This document shows, piece after piece, positions 24,466-35,100 of a stretch of DNA of 50,819 bases (position 1 is its first letter; the number at the start of each line of letters is the position of its first letter). The notes beneath the pieces are model-generated. The model was not told the origin of the DNA and did not search any database. It worked only from the letters and a program-made list of their open reading frames with translations. The stretch covers positions 388,909 through 439,727 of the forward strand of contig JBNGIO010006317.1 of the NCBI GenBank assembly GCA_049999805.1, read 5' to 3'. Made by a program: the position numbers and the translations under genes. This DNA comes from Folioceros fuciformis (lineage: Eukaryota).

Positions 24466-25652
24466 ATGGCGATGGCAGCGCTGGGTAACCTCCGCGTGTT
24501 GTCAACTTGTGTGTCTGCACCCCCTCCTGCCCCTCCTACTGCGTGCTTGCATGGAAGTGGGAGTTGGAGCAGGCCGGGCCGCATGAAGGCGCATGAAATC
24601 TGGTCCGGTTCTCGATGCGTATTGCCTCCCACTGCGTTCCCCTCGCCGCTGCTGCCGCCCGCGGTGGTCAACTCCGTGTCCTTCAGTCCCAGGGCTCTGA
24701 TTTCAGCAGGCGTAAGGTTACAGGAGCTCAGCCAAGGGTTTAGGCAGGGAGTGCGGGTTTTGCCGTGGTCAGTGGTGCGGAAAAGCAGCTTAGGTCCTGT
24801 GCGGAGCATGGCGGGCAAGCCAAAAGCGGCGCAGCTTGAAGATCTAATAAAGAGCAAGAATGAGCTAAACCCCGTGGTTGTCTACTCCAAGACGTGGTGC
24901 CCGTAAGCTCTTGGAGATCAATTGCTGGCTGCAAGTGCAGAAAGACTTTCTAAAATTGTCCTCAGATTTTGCGTTGGAAGGCGTCCTCTGCAGGATTCTG
25001 TTCACAGGCTAATGTGCTACTAATGCTGGAGTATCAACCACCATGCTCATCTATATGAATGGTCCGCAGGTATTGCGGGCAGGTGAAGAGTCTTTTCAAA
25101 ACCCTTAAGGTTTCCTTCGTCTTGGTCGAGCTTGATGAGCTAGGTGAGTGCTTCCTATGGTGTTGTCGGTGCTTGATGAAATCATGCTTTCTTGACTTAA
25201 TTTGGCAAGGTTGTATGTCGTATCGTAGCAAACTGAAGAAGCTGAAGATTGTCTTATAAAAAAAAAAATCCTTGCCCTGCTGTGAATACAGTTGAGGAGC
25301 AAGACGTGCAAGCGGCTCTCTGGAGGATTTCAGGACAATCAACTGTACCAAATGTTTTCATCGGTATGGGACTGATGTGACTGATTACGTTGTTGTGAGG
25401 TCTTTCTCACATTTTGCGTCTTTCTTGCAGGTGGTAAGCACGTCGGTGGTTGTGATGGTGGGTGAGACTTGCACTTCCTCCGTGTCTTCAAGAAAAAATT
25501 CCTTCTTCTATTCTTCTATAGATTCACCATCTCAGCTGCCGAGCATTAATCTCTACTCACAAATCTTCTTATTTGCAGATACCATCGCACTCCACAACAA
25601 AGGGCAATTGATTCCATTGCTGACGGCAGCAGGAGCTAAGTTCACACCGTGA
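24466..25652 (+). CDS. Plastid-type class I glutaredoxin (GRXC5/GRXS12 subgroup), active site WCPYC, 5 exons
   Basis: Long transit-peptide-like N-terminus, then NPVVVYSKTWCP|YCGQVK, QSTVPNVFIG|GKHVGGCD|DTIALHNKGQLIPLL. GT-AG junctions in phase. Confidence 0.93.
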
Positions 25653-25989
25653 AGTTCGTAGAGTATTTGCTTCCCTGCTCACTTGGATCTGGGCGGAATG
25701 ACAATTCACGTTCCTGTGACTCCTTCATCTGGACTCTCGTTAGTGACTATCGCACAGCAGCGCGCTCTTGCCTCCAACACTTCCTTGCCGTACCAACATC
25801 CTTTTTCAGACGGTGCTCTCGTATTACACGACCCCAGACTTGCCACCAAGAATTTGCGTCGTCCAGGATAATAAGGCGATGGGGCAAGGCGCCCCGGTGT
25901 CTCGGCGATTACAGGCGTCCCACCCACGGTTATCGCAAATTGGTTGGTCCTCGTGGCAAGTAGACAGCCACCCGGCGTTCAGAGTCGCA

Positions 25990-26012
25990 GCCACGTGTCC
26001 CCTCCGCGTGGC
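25990..26012 (+). promoter_or_regulatory. ABRE (GCCACGTGTC) plus CE3-like coupling element (CCGCGTGGC)
   Basis: Motifs at 25990-25999 and 26004-26012, about 130-150 bp upstream of ATG 26138. Confidence 0.55.
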
Positions 26013-26137
26013 GATCGTTTTCTAGTCTAGCCGGCTTCTGTTAGTGCTGAGGATTTCTGCGCATCGATCGACGATTTTGGGAAAGCTTGGAAAGGAAGGA
26101 GGACGTGCTGCTGGTAGTGTATCTCTTAATGTAAGTA

Positions 26138-28346
26138 ATGGCATCGTTGCAGGCAAGACGGGAATCCGAAGGTCTTCTCCACGACATTGACGAACATCAG
26201 GGTATTGAGTGACCTTGCCTCAGCTTTGCTGCTTAGTTCCTTGGGATTGATGTTGTTTGGTGAGCATCGTTCTGGTTGACTGCAGAGGGCCATGTGGGTC
26301 TAACGACTGAATCATCAGAATATGATGTTAACCGCAATTTGGATATGAGGAGAGCCACTTTTCACCCCAGCAGAGCTGATGTCCAACCTTCGGATGCTGA
26401 TGAGAAGCCATCCATTTTGGGGAAGCTGATGGGAGTGCTTTGTGCGGAGGGTAGGACCCCAGCATCTGGTGATAAGGTTGCAGCACCTGCTTCTGCTGGA
26501 CCTGAGGATGTTTCTTCACACCCTGCGTTCGAGAATCTCAGTCACAAGCTGAAGGATAAAGGGGAGCGTGTGCGCCTGCTTGGGGAGAAAGCTGTTCGTC
26601 CTCATACCGATTCCGCATCTTTTAAAGGAGAGGACGCTGCTGATTCCGGAAATGGAGTCTCTGAGACTGGTTTTCAGAGCCTGAAGGGGGAGCTGGGGAA
26701 GCTGGAGGTGGAGGATTCTCGTTCGCCTCCTTCTGAGCCTGTGCAGAGCCACATCGTTGTAGATCTTGTCCCAGGTTACGTTGCCGAAACTGAGAGCGGG
26801 TTAGGGGAGCCGGAGTTTGCAGATGCCTCATCCACTTTCCAGCAGAGCAGCGTGGGTCTTGGAAGCTACGCTGGCCCTTGTGTTGGGGATGAGCCCAGGG
26901 TCGAGGAGAAAAAGGAGCCTGTGCCTGTGAACGTGGATCAAGGCAAGGACACTAGAGAAGATTCCCAATTTCTAGGCCCGTACGAGAGTGGACACAATGG
27001 GGAAGAGTTTGCAGACGCTCCATCCGCTTTTCAGGAGATCTATGACAAATCTATCGAAAGTACAGAAGCTGAGACAGAAGCTCCTCCTGATGTGGAGCAA
27101 GAGAAAATGGCTGTCTGGATCAACGACAGGTCCACTAAGAAAGATGAGGGAAGGCATGGACTCGAACGACATACCATTTCATCCTCTTCCGCATTAGATT
27201 CATCTGACCAGGCAGAGGACCTTGCTAAGTTTCCTGTTTCAAGTGCTCCACGAGAGAGAGATCTCTCACAGTTGGAGTCTGACAAAGATCTTGAGGAGTT
27301 GCCGGAGAACGAGTTTGCGCTTGAAACGGAGGCGAATACGGCGGATGCTCCATCTGCTGTGCCACAGTTCTATGACGAGGGTAGCGAAGGTGCAGGAGCG
27401 GAGGAAGAACTGCATCCTGACATCAAAGAAGTAGCGAAGTCTACCGTCGAGGAGGAAGGGGATGTGGAGGATGAAGTCAACCCTGGTTTCTTCACCCGAG
27501 TAAAACAGACATTGTGGAGCAACAGCCCCTCCAGCACAGAAGAATTCGAGAGACAAAGCTCCTCTTCCTCCTCTTCTGAAGAGGTTACAAGTGCAACACA
27601 GAAGGGAGAACTCCTACGGCAGAAAGACTTGGAGGGGATTAGTGCGGTGAGTTACTTGTTGTTGTTGGACTAGTGTACCTCTCTGTGTTTACTGACGGTA
27701 TTATGGTGTTTATCAATTTGTGTAGCAGCCACTTGCAGAGAGGGTGCTTTTCCCTTCTGATGGCTCAGAGGAGGAGGACGAGAACTATCCTGACACGGCC
27801 ACTGAAGAGGTGGAGTCGAATCTTAGTCAAACATTACACGAAAATGTAGCTCTCGAAGAGGTGACTCGTGAGCAAGGAGATAGCAAGGCCGCAGAGCGTG
27901 ATGAGAACTTGAGCGGACAGGACGAGAAAATGTTCGGTGAGGCGGAAATGAGTCCTAGCTTTTTGGGTAGCATTGGAAGGAAGATAGGATTATCAGGGTT
28001 AAAAAGTTCGTCAGACAGTAGGGAAGCCAACTTTGGACTGTCAACGTTGAAGCGTGAGCAGCGTGAGGAAGGAGGTGTGAAGGAAGCAACGACTGATAAG
28101 TGTTCGAGCGAACAGGACGAGAAAACTCCCACTGAAACGGAGAAAACTTCTAGCTTTCTGGGTTCTATTGGGAAGAAGATTGGACTATCAGGATCGAAAA
28201 GCATGTCAGAGGCAGACAAGGGGCCAATTGAACAAGAACAGAAAAGTCCGAGTGAACAGCAAGAAAGTTCTGGCTTCATGAGTAACATAGCTAGTAAACT
28301 TGGGTTATCAGGATCAGCACGTTGTCCAGAGGAAGAGACAGATTGA
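26138..28346 (+). CDS. Acidic, low-complexity repeat protein, hydrophilin / LTI65(RD29)-like in composition, 3 exons
   Basis: Exon 1 MASLQARRESEG...Q G|GT joins the long ORF 26276-27673; donor at about 27646 joins ORF 27744-28346. Glu/Ser/Asp-rich, with repeats (E)FADAxSxF and SFLGSIGxKIGLSG. Family assignment is tentative. Confidence 0.75.
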
Positions 28347-29022
28347 GAAGCAATCTCAAAGTGCAGCGTTGTCTGTGTACATGTGTACAGGTAGGCGAAA
28401 GGCTGTGTCTGTGTGTGCCGGTAGAGGCAGGGAATGGCCCCTTGATGACAGTGTAATTAAAGGTTGCCGAAGGTGGAGCATCTGAGTAGCATCTTCTTCT
28501 GTTACTCTTCCCACACTGATGGGTGCCGCGCACAGAAGACTAAAGAGAGCAGGGACGTTGAGAAGCTATTTCACACGCAACCTCTTTGCGCACTCGAATG
28601 CAGTACTTGTCACGTATGTAGAACATTCTGCTCATGGATAAAACGTAGCTACATGTCATTACGATCAATTACATCATCATAGGCATTCGAAACAAGCCTA
28701 AGCAGGCTAGGAAGACAAGCGGAAGTGAAAGAAATCTCAGTGAACACAGGTGACCACCGTGCACCTGTTCCTGCGAGTGAGATACGTCTCCATGTGAGAA
28801 AGCTCTCTCACCAGTGAGACGGCGTTTCGATTCGATTCTCAAACTGCATCTGTAGCGAAACAGTTTTTCGATTCGATTCCCGTCAGAAAGGCGGGAAACG
28901 CACCACGTAAGGTCGAGTAGGGCCCGTTTTATATGGTTTCACACGGGCGTACTAGGGGGAAATGATCCATCCAGACTGCCTGCTCCTCGACCTGCTCCGT
29001 TTGCAGCAGCGTAGCTGCCGCC

Positions 29023-29499
29023 ATGGATCCTTCCTCGAGGTTGCCCGCGGATGACGACGACGACGGCGGCGGCTGGGATGCGGATGACTTCCAGATTCCC
29101 AGTTTGGACACGGCAGGGGGCAAGCAAGCAGAGGCAGGAACAGGGCCAGGGCAAGGTGCAGGCGGATGTAATACGGGCACGGCTGTGGCGTCCGGGGCTT
29201 CGCACGGTGCAGCAGGTAGTGGCGGGCAGGGCATCTATCTCGGGCCGCACGGCGGACCGCGGAAGCTTCCGGAACCGCAGCCGAGGAAGCAGCGGCTCAA
29301 GCACAAGCTTAAGGATGCGGACAAGAAAGGTGGCGGAGGCTCGGCGGTCGGGGGACGTGAGAACAAGGTGGAGGTGTTGCGGGACCTCATGGGAACTAAG
29401 TCCGGCACCCCTGCACTCGCCGGTCCCGCGACCGACTGGCTTGAACCCTATTGCCAGGAGTCACAATTCGATCGCTCCAGCTCCGCTTCCCGAGGCTAG
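29023..29499 (+). CDS. Conserved plant protein of unknown function, intronless, 158 aa
   Basis: Blocks DDDxxxWDADDFQIPSL, IYLGPHG, RKQRLKHKLKDAD, GRENKVEVLRDL and DWLEPYCQESQF resemble a conserved uncharacterised plant family I recall. Confidence 0.8.
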   Translation: MDPSSRLPADDDDDGGGWDADDFQIPSLDTAGGKQAEAGTGPGQGAGGCNTGTAVASGASHGAAGSGGQGIYLGPHGGPRKLPEPQPRKQRLKHKLKDADKKGGGGSAVGGRENKVEVLRDLMGTKSGTPALAGPATDWLEPYCQESQFDRSSSASRG

Positions 29500-30202
29500 C
29501 CATCGTCGTTCTTTCTCCACACAAGTGTTTTGAGGCTCCGTCCTCCTAGTGTATACATTCCGCCACCTTACCCTGTCCACGGCTATGGTCGTGTCTGGCC
29601 TCCACTTCACGCATCCTGCTCATGCCGATTTGCTTGTACTGCTTATACGGACATCACGGAGGTTGGAGCCTCGTAGATCGCCACTATCTCCTGAGTCACC
29701 ATTGCAGCTCACAATTGGAAGCGAGAAATTCTTTGCTTCCCCTCCCTTCCCCTTTCTTTCTTTCTCGGTGTCACCAAGCAAGCAAGCAGTGGCAGTGAGC
29801 CAGCCTGGATCATCGCGGCTGGCCACAAGGACATGGCTGTGTGTCGCTGGCCTAGACTTATCACTGCATCCTTGCACTGAAGCAGCCTTTAGACCACACG
29901 AGTGTAACAACAACCCACCCATTGATCAATTTATGCGAGCACAAGTCCCGGTAGCAACTTCGTTTGTATGTATGTATTTGTGAGCTTGGTATGGTGCATC
30001 CTTTCTTTCTACCTATTGCTAACGTAATCATTCGTCTTTGAAATCTTTGGTCCACAAAACTTTTGGCCTATCTTTACAACGCCAACTTAATCCGGCCAGT
30101 TTAAGACTGTATTTTACAAGTATATAGATATATAGCTCTCATAGGTCTATAAGTACTCTTTAGCACCAACCTCGTCCCACTTGGGCTTATTATAAATATA
30201 AG

Positions 30203-30327
30203 GACCCTAAACAATAAGACCAGCTGGTGCCGCACCCTAAACCATAAGACCAGCCGGTGCCGCACCCTAAACCATACAACCAGCCAGTGCCGCACCCTAA
30301 ACCATACAACCAGCCAGTGCCGCACCA
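30203..30327. repeat. 30-bp tandem repeat x4
   Basis: CAGC(C/T)(A/G)GTGCCGCACC recurs at 30221, 30251, 30281 and 30311. Confidence 0.92.
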
Positions 30328-30435
30328 CGCCTCCCCTTTTCACTAGTTTTTTTTGCCCTAGGTATAAAAACTTAAAAATTGCTATGGATGGGGCTTTGTC
30401 TTCAGGCCACACACAACTGCTGTTTATATATAATT

Positions 30436-30725
30436 GATCAAGCACTTTGTTTGCTACACTTTGTTTTGTGTAAACAAGAAGGAAATGTTTGCAGATCAAG
30501 CACTTTGTTTGCTACACTTTGCTTTGTGTAAACAAGAAAGAAATGTTTGCAGATCAATTACTTTGTTTGCTACATTTTGTTTTGTGTAAACAAGAAGGGA
30601 ATGTTTGCAGATCAAGCACTTTGTTTGCTAGACTTTGTTTTGTGTAAACAAGAAGGGAATGTTTGCAGATCAAGCACTTTGTTTGCTACACTTTGTTTTG
30701 TGTAAACAAGAAGGAAATGTTTGCA
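30436..30725. repeat. 58-bp tandem repeat x5
   Basis: GATCAAGCACTTTGTTTGCTACACTTTG...GGAAATGTTTGCA starts at 30436, 30494, 30552, 30610 and 30668. Confidence 0.95.
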
Positions 30726-31229
30726 GTGCCAAAAGGTTGTAGCACTATTGTGCAGACCTGCCATTGTATTGGATTGTGGAAGGGTTGTGCTTTGGTTGCA
30801 GCTCCCCACTCTGTTGAACATCTAGTGGAAGTGGAGGTCTTTTTGGTGTTGAGTGAGGTGTTATTCTCATTCAGATTTATTGAAGGCGTTGTAGAATGGG
30901 AGTACACCTAGAGGATTGGAATTCCTAAAGCTAGTGCAGTAGGTGTGTAGCACAAAGTGAGGTGGGAGATAAGTGGCAGGATAGAATCATTGCATCTTAT
31001 TTGAGATTATTGTGTGGTGCTTGAAAAACATGGAACCCACAAATGCGTATCTTGCCCATTTGTTATGACGACTTGTTAGTTCTTCAGAAGTGAGGCCAAT
31101 GGCAATAGGGAAGGCCAATTGTGAAGGAAATCAGAATTAGTGCTGCTAGGAAACCCGCAAGTGGTGCCTCAATCATGTGAAACCTCCAAGCCAACCCCAT
31201 ATGTTCACCACCAGCCCTTTACCGCCAAC

Positions 31230-31555
31230 CTAAGCGCTCACGTTTATCTCACATGCTTATTGCCTAAGCGCTCGCATTTATCTCACATGCTTAGGCAATT
31301 ATCTCACATGCTTAGGCAATTATCTCACATGCTTATTGCCTAAGCGCTCGCATTTATCTCACATGCTTATTGCGTAGTTATAAGATAGGCGCACGGGAGA
31401 GCATTTATCTCACATGCTTATTGCGTAGTTATAAGATAGGCGCACGGGAGAACATTTATCTCACATGTTTATTGCATAGTTATAAGATAGGCGCATGGGA
31501 GAGCATTTATCTCACATGTTTATTGCATAGTTATAAGATAGGCGCACGGGAGAGC
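31230..31555. repeat. 51-bp tandem repeat x4, preceded by shorter TTATCTCACATGCTTA variants
   Basis: CATTTATCTCACATG...ATAGGCGCACGGGAGAG starts at 31351, 31402, 31453 and 31504. Confidence 0.93.
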
Positions 31556-32195
31556 AAAAGAATCGTGTGTTGTGTTGATAGAAAACAAATTGAAAGTTTG
31601 CATTGTATCGGTATGCATCATCTACATGATCATTGTATGGCGGGGGTTTAGGGTAGGGTAACAAGCGGCAAATCAAGTGGAGTGGTTAGTCCTAAAGCTT
31701 AACAAGAGGTAATTGTAAGGGTACACATTGTGAATGAACTTGAGGGGTGAAAATCGGGTCACCATATGAAGTGATAGAGAGTGCAATCCTCCTATCTACA
31801 GATGCAACTTGGTCTTGGACAATGACACATGCGGAACCCGCTTGAAGTATGGAAGAAGCTATTTCCATCCAATCACTTGCCACAACGTTCACATTACTTG
31901 CACATGCTGGTGGAAACACTCCAGCTTCAAGTAATTCTATTTAAAAGTTAGACATACCATTCAAAAGAAAGCTTGTTGAAGCTATTTGAAGATACAAGAT
32001 ATGACAATTTTGGTTCTGCCTCTTCAGCTAAAGCCCAACACCTTGTATCAAAGTTTCCAACCCGTGCAGAGGTATGGGACCTGCAGCCTCCATAACCAGA
32101 AGGCACAAATAGGCCAGAGTATAGGACACTTACTGAGGACAAGCGGATTATTCGTTGGCTTTTCATTCCGCGCTGGTCACTCAAGCTGGGTCTAA

Positions 32196-35100
32196 CTATG
32201 CCAACTGTAGAATAAAAGTGCGAATTTCCATTGGACCGAGTTCAACAATTCCAGCGTCTAAAGTGAATGGCGCGCCCTGCAATGGTCTAGGATCCGGTTC
32301 TCCGTTGGCGACCTTCCACAGGAGAGGCTTCAGATCAGCTCTGTTCTGGTTGGCAGACAAACTGACCTCTGTTGCGTTTAATATCTGTTTACACCGGAGG
32401 TGGCAAAGTCAGCATACACACGCCGGTGCTACATAACCTTAGCAGATGGGCAAAGCTTGGAACTCACCTTCTTGTTTGAGAAAACCTGCTTCAAGTCAAC
32501 TTCAGCAAGCTGTGACCATGTGGCATCTTCATTGGCCTGACATGAGAGTTTAATGAACATCAGCCTTGTGCCCGCCCAACTTGGTAGCCCAGATGCCTAC
32601 TGATGCTGACGTGCAAAGATACGTTTACCTCGTAAAGGTGGGCGAGTCGCAGGAGCACGTCCTTGTTGTCAAGTTCCTGTCAAGAAATCATCATGACTTG
32701 GGCCTTTACGGTCTGCATACCCCGATGCTATCAGACCCATACAGATAAGTCGTAGGTTAGAGCTCCAGCTGGTACCAACCTGGAGAGTGAGAATAGCAGC
32801 ATTTGGTGGGAGCACGTAACCAGGAGCGAACAATGAAAAATTTGCCTTCAATTTGATCGGCGACTCGTCTCCTTCCTGTCATGTCATGACACCGTTAAGA
32901 ATTTGGGTACAGCATTTCCTGCAATGCTTCTGTACCATCGACAGACATACCTGAACTGAAAAAGCAAGTTGCAAGGGAGCGAGGATCCTTTGCCCCAACG
33001 AGCGACGCCATTGAGCTGCTTTTGAAGATGGATTGACACTTACATAGTGCTTACCTCGAACCTGTTAGGTCATTTTTGTGCTGCTTTCGTGATTACAAAG
33101 TGTCGTGCGCATTCACCGAAAACACAGACAAGAAGGTGCAACACGTACAGTTAGAGGTTCACATGAATAACTGGTGCAGACCACTTCATCCAAAGCCTCA
33201 CCAACACCCCGGGCATCATCTTGTATCAAGCGCCTGCACCATAGGAGAAGACGGACATAAGGAGCTTCTAAGGGCCTCGCCTCGTATGTGTGCGAAAGGC
33301 GAGTTTGCTTTACCTGTGAAGCATGATCTCCAACTGGCCATCCGCAATGCTCGCACCTCCTTCAGCACGGTCAACAAGAACAGACAGATCTATGTTGCCG
33401 TCATCCAAGTAGATGCCCAGATTCAACTGTTTGCAAAAGTCCCATTTCAGTGCCCTGTGTATCCAGGCTGCAGAACTTGAGCTGAGAGTCTGTGATCTTT
33501 ACTTCATTCTAACAGAATCAAGAACATACCGGATAGTAGTTTCCAGCAACTGGTTCATGCACTTGGTACTGCCATGTAGGCCTGTAGTCTCTCACCTAGA
33601 AACGCCGTAGTCAACGTTTGATAGAAGAGTGAGCACAAGACAACCCAAGGACTGAAAGGACTTCGAAACTGCGGAAACTTCGACAATATCTTCTATGGGA
33701 GAAGGAGACGGTCTGCACCCTCTTCAAGAAGTCTCGGCCATTGGAGTCTGTATAGAAGGTACCATTGCTTTGAATGTTTGAGGACACGCGAGTGATAACT
33801 TCTTTCCCTATCCCATCATCAGTAGGGATAGGCCCCACCTGCAATGCAGCTTATTGTGTAAGCCTACAAGAAAAGGCATGAGCAGATCTGGCAGGACTGG
33901 TTCCAGAGGCTTGGTCTACCGTGAACTCCACTTCCGCATGGTCCTGCCCCTTGAATAGTCTAACTACCTACAAGGACACACCAATACAGTCATGTCGCGT
34001 TATTCATTTGAGAGCTTTGTCAAAAATGTCGGCGTTCCCAGGGGGCCAAAAATATGCACCTGTGAGATCCATGGAGAAAACTGTTGCTGGACCTCACACA
34101 AGAGAGGACCTTCGTACAGATCCCAGGAGACCTGCTAGTTTGGAGAGGTGGCAAAGTTACTTTCAGAGATTCAAGGAGACGAAGTAGATCACTGGAGCCA
34201 ACAAAAGTTCCGCTTACATTTGTTGAGACGTTGACAGGAGTCTTGTCATTTGGACGAAAGATGTATGCTCCGGAGTCCTATCAGTGGCAATTCTTCATGA
34301 ATCAGGTCTTGTGCTTGAACTCGAAAAAAGACCGAGTCTACTACAAACATGCTGGTTCACCTGTGAATCAAGTCCATCATACCCGACGTAGTAGTAATAC
34401 TCTTGCTCCAAAACAGAAGTCACCTGTCATGGTGACATGGATTAGTTCCTGGTCATTTAGTCTTCCTCACCCCAACACTTCACTGCTGTCTTATAGAGGA
34501 CAAAAGGGGTGCCCTTACATTCTGAGCTAGGTTTGTAACGCTTTTCAACAACCCAGTCGTGGCAGAGAATGTGGCTTTGAAACTGTCAGTTTCAGCTTCG
34601 ACGTCTTTCAAGGATGAATTGTTCGTGGACAGAGACGTTAAGGTAACCGCTGCACATTCGGAGACAGCGAAATAAACACAGAAGCCTCGAACTAGCTCTC
34701 GTTCATACCTGTCGCATGAAAACAATTTTCTGTTTCCGGACGTACCAGTTTTCTCAGAGGGCGAGATTGTGTATAAACTGTAACCAAGGGGTGGAACAGT
34801 TGCTGGGAACGTAAGCCAATATAGTGGTCCAGAGTTTGAATCTTGAGCACCGTAATTGGCTTTGGCGTAAAATGCTCTGAGTCTCAGTGTTGTCACATCT
34901 ACAGGTACCAGCTGAGAAGTCACAGCGCTGCCATCTGAGTCGGTAACAGAGACTGGTCCCGTGACCTGCTTTGCAACCACATGAGTGCCGTGAGACGTCA
35001 AGATTCGTCCTTGTTAAAATACCGGAAAGAGAGGTCAAGGTTGTGCTTTACCGGAATGCGAACGTACTCTGAGCGATTCCACCCAAGAGGATTATAGACG

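Larger units (their letters stand above)
30100..31690. mobile_element. AT-rich non-coding insertion built from three minisatellites (probable non-autonomous TE)
   Basis: GC drop between convergent genes; contains 30-, 58- and 51-bp arrays; termini not resolved. Confidence 0.5.

Noticed and set aside
30436..31555. 58- and 51-bp arrays as CRISPR arrays or coding repeats (ORFs 30101-30499, 31370-31651)
   Set aside because: No spacers; the ORFs are incidental translations of minisatellites.
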